From an uncultured Rhodospirillales bacterium (lineage in GTDB: Bacteria; Pseudomonadota; Alphaproteobacteria; BOG-932; Roseiterribacteraceae), in NCBI GenBank assembly GCA_964631425.1, contig CAZVYC010000001.1, positions 14,376 to 78,375 of the forward strand: a stretch of 64,000 bases of DNA, in the 5' to 3' direction. The position numbers and the translations under genes are program-made. This document shows positions 10,330 through 20,118 of the stretch, in pieces. The notes beneath the pieces are model-generated. The model had not been told where the DNA came from. It saw only the letters and a list, made by a program, of their open reading frames with translations, and made no database searches. Position 1 is the stretch's first letter, and every line of letters begins with the position of its first letter.

Positions 10330-11440
10330 GGAAGCGCCATCCCCTGGTACCTTTCGCGCAGGCCTCGTACGCGTCGGGCTCGACCGGCTGCAGGATTCCA
10401 GTGGTGCTCTCGCCGTCGCAGGTGATCACACAATGATGCTCGTTGAGGCCGGTCAGCGCCCGGCGCACATCCGGGTGAGTTACGTCGAATACATCGCCTT
10501 CGACATGCTCGCCCATGGCCATGCCCTGGTAGATATTGGTGACCGGCGTGCCGCCATACATGCCGCATTTCATGAAAGCGGTCTGATGACCCAACCGCCG
10601 GAAATGTACTTGTTTCTGCTCGCCGGTTTTGAACGTGTAATCGATGATCCCCTCCGCGAAGAGCTTTGTGTCCGGATCGAAGCGGAACCGCCGCTCGGTC
10701 TTGACCACCTTGCCCATGCCCTTGCGGCCGTCGCCGAAATTATAGAGCACGACATTGCCCCAGATGGCGAAATCCTTGAAGGATATCCAGTTACCGCCGA
10801 TCCAGCCGGGCGCCAGCTTCTGGCCGAACTGGAAATTGGGCCCGCCGACGCCGCGGCCGATGCCCCAATGCCGATCGCGCGTGCCATGGAACGTGTCACG
10901 CGTGACCGCGATTCGCTGACCATTCACCCTGACCCAGCCTTCCAGCGTGCCGAACCCTTCGAAGCCCGCAGTCACGTCCTCTCGCCGGCCGGTCGGATAG
11001 CCTGAGCCCGACGGCAGGTCCGACCCGTGAAAGATCTGGCGCTTGGTGTCGTACCAATCGAGATCGAAGCTGATGCCGAAATCGTTCTCGTCCACCACGA
11101 AATGCCAGTGCCGCAGGCCTTGGACGATCGTCGGCCGGATCGGGCCGATATGCAGGTTCATGCGGTCCGCGCCCAGCGGCCGGAACGCGCGCACCGATCG
11201 ATGCTCACCCTTGTACACCACGATCGCATAGGCCTCGGCGGTATTGAGGCTTGGGTAGAAGCTGCCGCCGGTGACCACCATCAGGTCGCCGACGTCGTCA
11301 TGGAACACCGCCCAGTGACGCTCATAGGTGCGCGGGTCGCTCGACCACATCACCCGGATCGGATCCGGCGTCTGGTGGATCAGATGATCATCGATCGCCG
11401 AGAGCGGGAACTGCTCGTCAAAATGATCGGTAGTGGTCAT
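10322..11440 (-). CDS. Conserved hypothetical beta-rich protein with RDRxWG motif
   Basis: Long ORF with host-like codon use, DD..IHQTPDP N-terminus, GTRDRHWG motif, first gene of a coupled operon. Confidence 0.75.
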   Translation of the reverse strand: MTTTDHFDEQFPLSAIDDHLIHQTPDPIRVMWSSDPRTYERHWAVFHDDVGDLMVVTGGSFYPSLNTAEAYAIVVYKGEHRSVRAFRPLGADRMNLHIGPIRPTIVQGLRHWHFVVDENDFGISFDLDWYDTKRQIFHGSDLPSGSGYPTGRREDVTAGFEGFGTLEGWVRVNGQRIAVTRDTFHGTRDRHWGIGRGVGGPNFQFGQKLAPGWIGGNWISFKDFAIWGNVVLYNFGDGRKGMGKVVKTERRFRFDPDTKLFAEGIIDYTFKTGEQKQVHFRRLGHQTAFMKCGMYGGTPVTNIYQGMAMGEHVEGDVFDVTHPDVRRALTGLNEHHCVITCDGESTTGILQPVEPDAYEACAKGTRGWRFLD

Positions 11441-11603
11441 CGATTCCCCGAGGCGGCGTCTATCGGTGTTCTGTTTCCGCCATCGGCGGTATCAAAATGA
11501 ATAAAGGGTGGGAACGGACTTTGTCGAGACGACGAAGGGACGGCGAGTTGTGTTGCCGGTCCTTGAATGCGGCCTTCATCGACGAGCGGAAAAGGATACG
11601 GCG

Positions 11604-12098
11604 TTAATCTCTCAGCCGCAGCTCCATCCAGACGTTGCACCGTGCATAGGGCGTCGGTTGCCGCGGCAGGTCCATGAAGCCCATGGAGCGGTACAAGGTC
11701 AGGGCAGGCGTAAGCTTGGCGTTGGTTTCAAGATAGAGGCGATGCGCGCCTGCTTCCCCTGCCGCGTCGATGCAGGCCTGGATCAGAAGCCGGCCGATAC
11801 CGGCGCCGCGCATGCGCTCGTCGACGGTCATCTTGGCAAGCTCGAAGCCGCCGTCTTCCATCGCCTGCAAGGCGCAGCAGCCCACGGTCTCGCCCGCGCA
11901 TTCCGCGATGAAGATCCGGCCGCCCTTGTCCAGGATCTCGCCCATGGGGTCGTCCAGCACCGCCCTGTCCTTCGGCTCGATCGCGAAGTGGCGCGCGATC
12001 CAGGCTTCGTTCAGGCTCTTCCAGGCGGCGGCGTGGCGCGGCGCGAAGGCGACGATTCGGATATTGCCTTTCATCTCAGTCGACATGGTTGGCTGCAT
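11604..12098 (-). CDS. GNAT N-acetyltransferase
   Basis: FELAKMTV....RG.GIG..L, LYLETN..L.PA..LY...GF. Confidence 0.9.
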   Translation of the reverse strand: MQPTMSTEMKGNIRIVAFAPRHAAAWKSLNEAWIARHFAIEPKDRAVLDDPMGEILDKGGRIFIAECAGETVGCCALQAMEDGGFELAKMTVDERMRGAGIGRLLIQACIDAAGEAGAHRLYLETNAKLTPALTLYRSMGFMDLPRQPTPYARCNVWMELRLRD

Positions 12099-12117
12099 CT
12101 GAACTCTCTCAAGCCAC

Positions 12118-12143
12118 GTAACCTTACCACATGGTCACGCGAA
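12118..12143 (+). promoter_or_regulatory. ECF SigF(ECF16)-type promoter GTAACC-N16-CGAA
   Basis: gtaacc ttaccacatggtcacg cgaa, about 40 bp upstream of the cytochrome b start; matches the Caulobacter sigmaF consensus as I recall it. Confidence 0.7.
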
Positions 12144-12183
12144 CTGGCTGGCGAACAGCAAAATGCATCGACAGGAGGGACAT

Positions 12184-12873
12184 GTGTCCGAGCCGATCAG
12201 CGCCAAGCCGCCTGTCATCCACCCGCTGGTGGTTCGCATCACCCATTGGATCAATGCCTTCGCCATGGTCATCATGATCATGAGCGGCTGGAAGATCTAT
12301 GACGCCTCGCCGATCTGGCATTTCATGTTCCCGCACTGGATGACCTTGGGTGGGTGGCTCGGCGGTGCGCTCGGCTGGCATTTCGCGGCCTTCTGGCTGC
12401 TGATCGGCAATGGCCTGGTCTATCTCATCTTCGGCTTCGCTTCCGGCCATTTCCGGCACGATTTCCTGCCGCTCTCGGTAAAGGCGATCTGGCGCGACTT
12501 CGTCGCCGCACTGACCTTCAAGCTCGAGCACCGTCTGGGCAGGTACAATGCGGTGCAGCGGCTGCTCTATGTCCTCGTGCTGCTGATGGGCGTCGGCGTC
12601 GTGCTCTCCGGCTTCGCCATCTGGAAGCCGGTGCAGTTCCAGTTCCTGACCGGGCTGCTGGGCGGCTACGACACGGCCCGCATCGTCCATTTCGCCATGA
12701 TGGCCGGCATCGTCGGGTTCGTGCTGGTCCATCTGGCGCTCGTCGCGCTGGTGCCGTCGACCCTGCCGCCGATGATCACCGGCCGCGCGCCGAAGCACGA
12801 TTACGTACCGGAGCATGGCCACGTACCGGAGCATGGTCACCCGCACAAACTTCCCGAAGGAGCGCCCACATGA
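12184..12873 (+). CDS. Cytochrome b/b6 domain membrane protein (YdhU/PhsC-like)
   Basis: HP..VR.THW.NA, SGW.IY, WHFA..W, YNA.QR..Y, AR.VHF; GGAGG RBS before GTG. Confidence 0.88.
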   Translation: MSEPISAKPPVIHPLVVRITHWINAFAMVIMIMSGWKIYDASPIWHFMFPHWMTLGGWLGGALGWHFAAFWLLIGNGLVYLIFGFASGHFRHDFLPLSVKAIWRDFVAALTFKLEHRLGRYNAVQRLLYVLVLLMGVGVVLSGFAIWKPVQFQFLTGLLGGYDTARIVHFAMMAGIVGFVLVHLALVALVPSTLPPMITGRAPKHDYVPEHGHVPEHGHPHKLPEGAPT

Positions 12874-13634
12874 GCCCGACCTCGCCTAGGCGTTCCCGGC
12901 TGGCCGATTTTCGCCCCGCCCTGGCCAAGGTCGAGCGCCGACTGTTCCTGCGCCAGGCCCTGTCGTTCGGCGCGTTGTCGATGCTGACCGGCTGCGACCT
13001 CGCGGATTACGACGACGATCTGGTTGACCGCGTACTGTGGGCGATGTCGCGCTGGAACGACAAGGTCCAGGCGGCTCTGTTCAACCCCCACACCCTGGCG
13101 CCTACCTATCCTGCCAGCGCCATCACCAAGCCATTCCCCTTCAACGCCTATTACCCGGAAGACGAGACGCCGGTCATCGACGGCAGCGACTACAGGCTGG
13201 AGGTATCAGGCCTGGTCAAGGACAAACGGCCGTGGACGCTCGCCATGCTGCGCACGCTGCCGCAGCAGAGCCAAATTACCCGCCATGTCTGTGTTGAGGG
13301 CTGGAGCGCGATCGGCCAGTGGAGCGGCGCGCCGTTCCGTGCCTTCCTGGAGCGGGTGGGGGCCGATCTGAGGGCCAAGTATGTCGGGTTCAAATGCGCC
13401 GACAAATACTACTCGTCGATCGACATGGAGTCCGCGCTGCACCCGCAGACGATCCTGGCGCTCGATTACGGAGATGCACCGCTGCCGCCCAAATATGGCT
13501 ATCCGCTGAAGCTGCGTGTTCCGACCAAGCTCGGATTCAAGAATCCTAAGCTGATCGCAGCGATCTTCGTCACCAATGATCCGCCTGGTGGCTATTGGGA
13601 GGATCAGGGCTATAATTGGTTCAGCGGATCGTAG
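12870..13634 (+). CDS. Sulfite-oxidase-family molybdopterin oxidoreductase (MsrP-related), Tat/lipoprotein signal
   Basis: RRLFLRQ...LTGC signal; RHVCVEGWS, CAD.YY.SIDM..ALHPQT, GYPL.LR.P.KLGFK, GGYWED.GY.WF. Confidence 0.88.
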   Translation: MSPTSPRRSRLADFRPALAKVERRLFLRQALSFGALSMLTGCDLADYDDDLVDRVLWAMSRWNDKVQAALFNPHTLAPTYPASAITKPFPFNAYYPEDETPVIDGSDYRLEVSGLVKDKRPWTLAMLRTLPQQSQITRHVCVEGWSAIGQWSGAPFRAFLERVGADLRAKYVGFKCADKYYSSIDMESALHPQTILALDYGDAPLPPKYGYPLKLRVPTKLGFKNPKLIAAIFVTNDPPGGYWEDQGYNWFSGS

Positions 13635-13661
13635 TGCGCCAATAAAAATGCGGTTCACTGC

Positions 13662-13686
13662 GTAACCGGCATTGTATACTGGCGAA
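13662..13686 (+). promoter_or_regulatory. Second SigF-type promoter GTAACC-N15-CGAA
   Basis: gtaacc ggcattgtatactgg cgaa upstream of the MXKDX gene. Confidence 0.6.
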
Positions 13687-13751
13687 TAACAAGGAGAGCG
13701 GCCCAGTTGCCGCCGATTTCCGCAATGCCTTATTCAACAAGGGGATAGCCA

Positions 13752-14057
13752 ATGTTTAAAGCAGCCTCTCTCGCGGTTTCGGCCGCCGCCGTCTCACTCG
13801 GTTTGGCCCTGGCGCCCAGCGCTTTCGCCCAGGACACGAGCAAGGACACGATGAGCAAGGACACGATGTCGAAGGACAGCATGTCCAAAGACTCGATGAA
13901 AAAGGACACGATGGGCAAGGATCATATGGCCAATGACACCATGTCCAAGGACCATATGGCCAAGGACCATATGGCCAAGGATTCGACGAAAAAGGACACG
14001 ATGTCGAAGGACAGCATGTCCAAGGATTCGATGAAGAAAGACAACGCGCCGCAGTGA
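13752..14057 (+). CDS. Pentapeptide MXKDX repeat protein (secreted, Met-rich)
   Basis: Signal peptide ending AFA, then about 14 tandem M(S/K/A/G)KD(T/S/H)-like pentapeptides. Confidence 0.92.
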   Translation: MFKAASLAVSAAAVSLGLALAPSAFAQDTSKDTMSKDTMSKDSMSKDSMKKDTMGKDHMANDTMSKDHMAKDHMAKDSTKKDTMSKDSMSKDSMKKDNAPQ

Positions 14058-14065
14058 CGGTGATG

Positions 14066-14100
14066 ATTTGGGCCCGGTTCAGCCGGGCCCAAATTTCTTT
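14066..14100 (+). terminator. Intrinsic terminator-like hairpin
   Basis: atttgggcccgg-ttcag-ccgggcccaaat followed by ttcttt. Confidence 0.7.
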
Positions 14101-14119
14101 GGGAGGGGGGAACACGACG

Positions 14120-14698
14120 ATGATCATCGTCTTTCGCTGTCTGTACTCGGCAGTTGTCGTTGTTTTTGTGCTGGCGATTGCGCCCCTTGTCAGGGCCGAG
14201 GATCTGGGGCCGCCGGTCGGCACCGTGGCCCCCGCGATCGGCACGCTGCTCGACCAGACGGGCAAGCCGCGTGCGATGGCCGATCTGATGGGACGGAATG
14301 GGCTTGTCCTCTTGTTCTTCCGCTCGGCTGGCTGGTGTCCCTATTGCCAGGCACAACTCATGGACATGAACACCGGCGTCGCCGAGATCGAGAAGCGCGG
14401 TTACAAGATCGCCGCGCTGTCGTATGACCTGCCGCCGGTCACCGCCGGTTTCGCGGAAAAGCGCGGCATCGCCTATACCTTCCTGTCCGATCCGAAGTCC
14501 GAAGTGATCGACCGCTATGGCCTGCGCGACCCGCAATACCAGCTTGGCAGCATGGCCTATGGTGTGCCGCGCCCGATCATCTTCATCCTCGATCCCACGG
14601 GCAGGATTCAGGCCAAGCTGTTCGAGGCGACGTTCAAGACCCGGCCCCCGGTGGGCGCCGTGATTGCCAAGATCGACGAGGTGAACGGCACGAATTGA
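14120..14698 (+). CDS. Exported AhpC/TSA peroxiredoxin-like/redoxin protein
   Basis: Signal-like N-terminus, FFRSAGWCPYC, LSDP...I..YG, FI.D..G.I. Confidence 0.85.
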   Translation: MIIVFRCLYSAVVVVFVLAIAPLVRAEDLGPPVGTVAPAIGTLLDQTGKPRAMADLMGRNGLVLLFFRSAGWCPYCQAQLMDMNTGVAEIEKRGYKIAALSYDLPPVTAGFAEKRGIAYTFLSDPKSEVIDRYGLRDPQYQLGSMAYGVPRPIIFILDPTGRIQAKLFEATFKTRPPVGAVIAKIDEVNGTN

Positions 14699-14823
14699 AA
14701 CCGGCGCGCTCAATGCCTTTTTGCGATCGGGTCATCGGTTTTCTGGTTTGAATCAGTGATTGACGGGTGTGCTCGCTTCATCCGTAACTTCCGTCGGGAG
14801 ACAGGACGGCAGGGGATCAACCG

Positions 14824-16467
14824 GTGAGCAGGACTTCAGGTGCATTTCCCCTCGACCGCCGCACACTCCTGAAGCAGGCGGCGCTCGGCGGCGTCGCCCT
14901 CGGTCTCGCGCCGCGCGCTGCCGGGGCAGCGGAGCCCATTGTCGAAACCACCGCCGGCAAGCTGCGTGGCGCCCTGGTCGACGGCATCAATGTCTTCAAA
15001 GGGATACCCTACGGCGCGTCGACCGCCGGCGCGAACCGGTTCATGGCGCCGCAGAAGCCGGCGGCATGGTCCGGCGTTCGTGACGCGCTGCATCTGGGGC
15101 CGCAGGCGCCGCAGAATCCCAATGCCTGGTCGCCCGCGCTGCAGGCGCTGTGGCCGAAGCCGATGGGCGGTGACCCCGAGCCCAATTCGGAGGATTGCCT
15201 CGTCCTCAATGTCTGGACCAAGGGCCTCAAGGACGGCAAGAAACGCCCGGTCATGGTCTGGATCCATGGCGGCGGGTTTTCGTTCGGGTCCGACGGGCCC
15301 TATCCCGGCCTCAACCTCGCCAAGTTCGGCGATATCGTAGTAGTCGGCATCAACCACCGACTCAACGTCTTCGGTTATCTCTATCTGGGAGAGGTCGGCG
15401 GGGCGAAATTCGCCCAGTCCGGCAATGCCGGCATGCTGGACATCGTCGCGTCGCTGGAATGGGTGCGGGACAATATCGCCGCGTTCGGCGGCGACCCGGG
15501 CAATGTCACTATCTTCGGTCAGTCGGGCGGGGCCGCCAAGGTCACGACCCTAATGGCGATGCCGTCTGCCAAGGGCCTGTTCCATCGGGCGATCTGCCAG
15601 AGCAATTATGCCGGCGGCATCAAGGGCGTGGCGCGCGACGCGGCAACCAAGACCGCCGAGGCCCTGATGATGGAGCTTGGGCTCAAGCCGGACCAGGTCG
15701 ACATGCTGCAGCAGCTGCCGATGGACAAGCTGATCGCGGCGATGAACGCGACCAAGTCCGTCAGCCGCCTGGCTCCGGTGGTCGACGGCGTGGTCCTGCC
15801 ACGCAACCCGTTCGACCCCGATGCGCCTGGCATCTCCGCCGACGTTCCGCTCCTGATCGGCAGCACCTCGACTGAAACCACCTCGCTGCTGCTGATGACG
15901 GGTGGCGGGACGGACATGTTCGACCTCGACGAGGCCGGCCTCAGGGATCGCATCGTCACGCTGGCGCATCTGGAGCCAGCGGCGGCGGACGCGCTGATCG
16001 CGCTCTACCGCAAGGATTACCCCAAGGCATCACCGGCGCGCATCTTCTTCCTGATCACATCCGACAAGACATTCCGCGCCCCGTCGATCGCCATTGCCGA
16101 GCGCAAGGCCGCCTTGGGCAAGGCGCCGGCCTATATGTATCTGTGGAGATGGGAAACGCCGGTGCTGGACGGCAAGTTCGGGGCGCCGCACACGATCGAG
16201 CTGCCGTTCGTCTTCCACGATGTCGACAACAAGACCAACAGCGACACCGGCAATTCGAATGACCGGTACACCCTCCAGGACCAGGCGGCCGGCGCCTGGG
16301 TCGCGTTTGCGCGCACTGGGGACCCGAACCACAAGGGCCTGCCGCACTGGCCCGCTTACGATGCGGACAAGCGCGCGACGATGATCTTTGAGGTGCCATG
16401 CAAGGTCGAGAACGATCCCGGCAAGACAGAGCGCCTGGCGCTCGGCGCAGTGTCGGGCAGGGGGTAG
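14824..16467 (+). CDS. Type-B carboxylesterase, Tat-exported
   Basis: DRRTLLK Tat motif, SEDCL.LNVWT, HGGGF, FGQSGG, C-terminal H..EL.FVF. Confidence 0.93.
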   Translation: MSRTSGAFPLDRRTLLKQAALGGVALGLAPRAAGAAEPIVETTAGKLRGALVDGINVFKGIPYGASTAGANRFMAPQKPAAWSGVRDALHLGPQAPQNPNAWSPALQALWPKPMGGDPEPNSEDCLVLNVWTKGLKDGKKRPVMVWIHGGGFSFGSDGPYPGLNLAKFGDIVVVGINHRLNVFGYLYLGEVGGAKFAQSGNAGMLDIVASLEWVRDNIAAFGGDPGNVTIFGQSGGAAKVTTLMAMPSAKGLFHRAICQSNYAGGIKGVARDAATKTAEALMMELGLKPDQVDMLQQLPMDKLIAAMNATKSVSRLAPVVDGVVLPRNPFDPDAPGISADVPLLIGSTSTETTSLLLMTGGGTDMFDLDEAGLRDRIVTLAHLEPAAADALIALYRKDYPKASPARIFFLITSDKTFRAPSIAIAERKAALGKAPAYMYLWRWETPVLDGKFGAPHTIELPFVFHDVDNKTNSDTGNSNDRYTLQDQAAGAWVAFARTGDPNHKGLPHWPAYDADKRATMIFEVPCKVENDPGKTERLALGAVSGRG

Positions 16468-16472
16468 GGATC

Positions 16473-18053
16473 CTACACGATGCCGCGTCCTGGCGCCGCA
16501 TTGATCAGGTTGCGCGTGTAGGGGTGGCTCGGCTGGGTCAGGACCGTGGCGGCGTCGCCTGATTCGACGATCTGGCCGCTCTTCATCACCACAACGTGGT
16601 CGCTGATCTGTGCGGCCACGCGCAGATCGTGGGTGATGAACAGGATGGCGAGGCCCAAGCGGGCCTGCAGCTCCTGGATCAGCGCCAGGATCTGGGTCTG
16701 GATCGATACGTCCAGGGCGGACACGCTCTCATCGGCGATCAGGATGGCGGGATCCATCGCCAGCGCCCGGGCGATGCCGATGCGCTGGCGCTGCCCGCCG
16801 GAAAACGCCGACGGGCGGCGGTGATAAGCTTCCCGCGACAGGCCCACCAGCTCCAGCAGCTCGCGCGCTTTGGTGCGGGCTGCACCGGGCGCGGTGCCGG
16901 CCAGCATGGCGGCGCGGGCGATCGTGTCACCCACTCGCCGGCGCGGGTTCAATGAGCCGTAGGGGTCCTGGAAGATCATCTGCACGGTGCGCCGCTGCCG
17001 GCGCAGCGCCTTGCCGGTGAGACCGAGGAAGTTGGTGCCGTTGATGCGGACTTCGCCTGCCGTCGGCTCGGCCAGCCGGACCAGCAATCGGGCGAGGGTG
17101 GATTTGCCCGACCCGGACTCGCCGACCACCGAGAGAGTCCGGCCCCGCGCGAGCGTCAGGCAGGCACCCTCCAGCGCACGCGTCACTCCGTAATGCTTGG
17201 TGAGACCGGTGACCGACAGGACCGGCTCGGCTGCTTCCAAGCGCTTGGGGCGCGACTCGGGCTTGAGGCTTGGGACGGCGGCGATCAGGGCTTGAGTGTA
17301 AGGGTGCTGCGGATCGGTCAGGATCTGGCGGGCTTCGCCGATCTCGACCAGCTGTCCCTTGCGCATCACAGCGATGCGGTCGGCGATCTCCGCCACAACC
17401 CCGAAATCATGGGTGATGAAGAGGATGCCGTGGCCGCGCTCGTCGCGCAGTTCCCGGACCAGCTTCAGCACCTGCGCCTGGGTAGTGACATCGAGCGCGG
17501 TGGTCGGCTCGTCGGCGATCAGCACCTCGGGCTCCATCGCCAGCGCCATCGCGATGATCACGCGCTGGCATTGTCCGCCTGACAGCTGGTGGGGATAGGA
17601 ACGCTCGATCCGCTCCGGGTCTGGCAGGTGCATCGACCTGATGAGGGCCAGCGCCCGCTCCCGTCGCTCGGCCGCGGGAATCTTCGAGTGGAGGGCGAAG
17701 ACCTCCTCGATCTGCTTGCCGACGCGGATGGCGGGGTTGAGCGCGGCGTGCGGCTCCTGGAAAATCATCGCCACGCGGTTGCCGCGGATGCGGCGGAGCG
17801 CACGTTCGGAGAGCCGCGCGACGTCCTCGCCGCCCAGCGTGATGCGGCCCTTGGCGACCCTGAGGCCCTTGGCCGGCGCGCCCATGATGGCGCTGGCCAG
17901 CACCGACTTGCCCGAACCGGACTCGCCGACGATGCAGAGAATTTCGCGGCGCCGGAGCGTCAGGCTGACATCTTCGACCGCATAAGGCCGGTCGGCGCCT
18001 TTGGGCAGGGCGACGTGCAAGCCTTCGACCGAGAGGATGGGCGTTTCGCTCAT
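16473..18053 (-). CDS. Peptide/nickel-type ABC transporter, fused double ATPase
   Basis: Two GESGSGKS Walker A motifs, LSGGQ/FSGGQ signatures, IADE Walker B. Confidence 0.95.
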   Translation of the reverse strand: MSETPILSVEGLHVALPKGADRPYAVEDVSLTLRRREILCIVGESGSGKSVLASAIMGAPAKGLRVAKGRITLGGEDVARLSERALRRIRGNRVAMIFQEPHAALNPAIRVGKQIEEVFALHSKIPAAERRERALALIRSMHLPDPERIERSYPHQLSGGQCQRVIIAMALAMEPEVLIADEPTTALDVTTQAQVLKLVRELRDERGHGILFITHDFGVVAEIADRIAVMRKGQLVEIGEARQILTDPQHPYTQALIAAVPSLKPESRPKRLEAAEPVLSVTGLTKHYGVTRALEGACLTLARGRTLSVVGESGSGKSTLARLLVRLAEPTAGEVRINGTNFLGLTGKALRRQRRTVQMIFQDPYGSLNPRRRVGDTIARAAMLAGTAPGAARTKARELLELVGLSREAYHRRPSAFSGGQRQRIGIARALAMDPAILIADESVSALDVSIQTQILALIQELQARLGLAILFITHDLRVAAQISDHVVVMKSGQIVESGDAATVLTQPSHPYTRNLINAAPGRGIV

Positions 18054-18889
18054 CGCGCCATTCCCGGCCGGTTGGAAACCTCGCGCAGCCCGTCGGCCAA
18101 GAGGCTGAGGCCCAGCACCAGCGACGAAATGGCAATGCAGGGGAACAGCACGAGATGCGGAAAGGCGAATGCCATCGCGCGGCCCTCGTTCACCATCCCG
18201 CCCCAGTCGGGGAACGGCGGCGGCAGCCCCAGGCCCAGGAACCCGAGATCGCCGACGATGATCGCCGTGTACCCGAGGCGCAGGCAGAAATCGACGACCA
18301 GCGGCCCGGTGGCATTTGGCAGGATTTCGTGCATCAGGATGCGGAACGCGCTCTCGCCCTGCGTGACCGAGGCGGCGACGAAGTCACGGGTCGACAGATC
18401 GATCGCGATGCCCCGCACGATCCGGAAGATGCCGGGTGCACTGCCGAACGTGACCGCGATGATGACGTTTCCATCCGACGCGCCCAGGGCGACGATGATC
18501 ACGACATAGAGGATCAGCACCGGGAATGAGAGGATGATATTGGCAAGCGCAGACAGCGCGGTATCGACCCATCCTTTGAAGTAGCCCGCCGCCAGCCCGC
18601 CCGCGATGCCGACCGCGTAGGCGGTCAAGGTCGCCAGGGTCGACAGCATCACCACCGGCCGTGCGCCGTAGATCAGCCGCGAGAGGATGTCGCGGCCGAG
18701 GAAATCCGTGCCCAGCCAGAAGGTCTCGCCATGCGGGCCGTGCGACCCGGGCGAGGCCAGCGGCACGACGCTCTTGAGCGGGTCATGGGGCGCCAGCCAG
18801 GGCGCGAAGAGCGCGATGACGATCCAGCCGCCGACGAGGATAACGCCGATCGCGACGAGGGGGTGGCGAAGGGATTTGAGGCGGTTCAT
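18050..18889 (-). CDS. Peptide-type ABC permease (DppC-like)
   Basis: LGTD.LGRDILSRLIYGAR, HEILPN, LGFLGLG..PP.PDWG.M. Confidence 0.93.
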   Translation of the reverse strand: MNRLKSLRHPLVAIGVILVGGWIVIALFAPWLAPHDPLKSVVPLASPGSHGPHGETFWLGTDFLGRDILSRLIYGARPVVMLSTLATLTAYAVGIAGGLAAGYFKGWVDTALSALANIILSFPVLILYVVIIVALGASDGNVIIAVTFGSAPGIFRIVRGIAIDLSTRDFVAASVTQGESAFRILMHEILPNATGPLVVDFCLRLGYTAIIVGDLGFLGLGLPPPFPDWGGMVNEGRAMAFAFPHLVLFPCIAISSLVLGLSLLADGLREVSNRPGMAR

Positions 18890-18916
18890 ACGAAGGACCC
18901 CCTTGCCGATTTAGGC

Positions 18917-19060
18917 GCCTCCCCCCTCGAGGGGGAGGTCGGCGCGAAGCGCCCGGTGGGGGGTGTGGCGACGCCTTCTCGCTGACACCGTGAAAGCGGC
19001 ACCATCACCCCCCACCCGTCAGCGCTTCGCGCTGCCGACCTCCCCCTCAAGGGGGGAGGC
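18917..19060. repeat. 144-bp palindromic repeat, family A copy 1
   Basis: gcctcccccctcgagggggaggtcggc ... gccgacctccccctcaaggggggaggc terminal inverted arms; arms near-identical to 24151-24295. Confidence 0.92.
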
Positions 19061-20014
19061 GATAGCGGGGAGGCGTGGCTTCTTTATTGCCCCCCTCAAC
19101 GAAATCCGCGGGTTGAGCAGGGCGTAGAGCACATCCGAAAGGATCTGCGTCGCCACGACCACAGCCACACCGGCCATCGCGCAGGCCTCGATCAGGTAGA
19201 TGTCGGTGTTGAGCGCCGCCTGGTAGAGCAGCGTGCCAAAGCCCGGATAGGCGAAGAACACCTCGACCACGATCACGCCGGACAGCAGCCAGGGGATCTG
19301 CAGCATGATCACTGTCACTGGCGTGATCAGCGCGTTGCGCAGGGCGTGCCGCCAAATGATGCGCGACAGCGGCGCGCCTTTAAGCCGCGCGGTCCGGATA
19401 TATTGCGAGGCCATGACCTCGACCATGCTGGCCCGTGTCATGCGCGCGATATAGCCGACGGAATAGAGCGCCAGCACCGAGACCGGCAGCACCAGCTCAT
19501 TGACGTGGAAGCCCGAGGCCATCGTGCTGACACCGGGCAGGGCGTGCAGGCCGAACACGAAGATCGCGGTCAGGAACACGGCCGAGGCGAATTCCGGAAT
19601 CGAGGTCGTAACGATCGACAGCACCGAGACCGACCTGTCGATGGCCGAACCCTCGCGGACGCCGGCGATGATCCCCAGCACGAGCGCGACCGGCACCATC
19701 AGCAGCATCGCCGCGCCGCCGAGAATGCCGGACGCACCAAGCCGGGGCATGATCAGCGTCATGATATCTTCGCGGTAATAGGTCGATACACCCCAGTTGC
19801 CCGTGACGAAGCCTCCCAGCCAGCGGAAGTAGCGCACGAAGAACGGGTCGAGATAGCCGTGCTGGACGAGCCAGGTGTGTCGCTGGTCGTCGGTCGAGAA
19901 CTGGCCCAGGACTTTGACCGCCACTTCTTCGACATTCACTTCGAGCACGAGAAAGACCAGGAACGACACGGCCAGCATGGTGCCGACAAGCGATGCGAGC
20001 TTCTTCAGGAGCAT
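19019..20014 (-). CDS. Peptide-type ABC permease (DppB-like); C-terminus and stop codon lie in repeat A
   Basis: YIRTARLKG....I..RHALRNAL, VIVEV.F.YPG.G, LNPRI. Confidence 0.93.
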   Translation of the reverse strand: MLLKKLASLVGTMLAVSFLVFLVLEVNVEEVAVKVLGQFSTDDQRHTWLVQHGYLDPFFVRYFRWLGGFVTGNWGVSTYYREDIMTLIMPRLGASGILGGAAMLLMVPVALVLGIIAGVREGSAIDRSVSVLSIVTTSIPEFASAVFLTAIFVFGLHALPGVSTMASGFHVNELVLPVSVLALYSVGYIARMTRASMVEVMASQYIRTARLKGAPLSRIIWRHALRNALITPVTVIMLQIPWLLSGVIVVEVFFAYPGFGTLLYQAALNTDIYLIEACAMAGVAVVVATQILSDVLYALLNPRISLRGAIKKPRLPAIASPLEGEVGSAKR

Positions 20015-20054
20015 GGGTGTGGCATCCTGAATTCGTTACTGCCAAGCAATCCAT

Positions 20055-20118
20055 AGTGGGGCGGGCCTCCCTGCCCCCCATAGGACAGCCGGAGGGGGGC
20101 ACGGAGGCCCGCCCCACT
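20055..20118. repeat. 64-bp REP-like inverted doublet, family B copy 1
   Basis: agtggggcgggcctccctgccc ... gggcacggaggcccgccccact; same arms at 29749-29812. Confidence 0.9.

Noticed and set aside
11441-11603. Intergenic region considered for a riboswitch or sRNA
   Set aside because: No conserved riboswitch core motifs recognisable by eye
13830-14045. Regular 15-bp DNA repeats resembling an array
   Set aside because: They are the codons of the MXKDX pentapeptide repeat; there are no spacers and no cas genes, so not CRISPR
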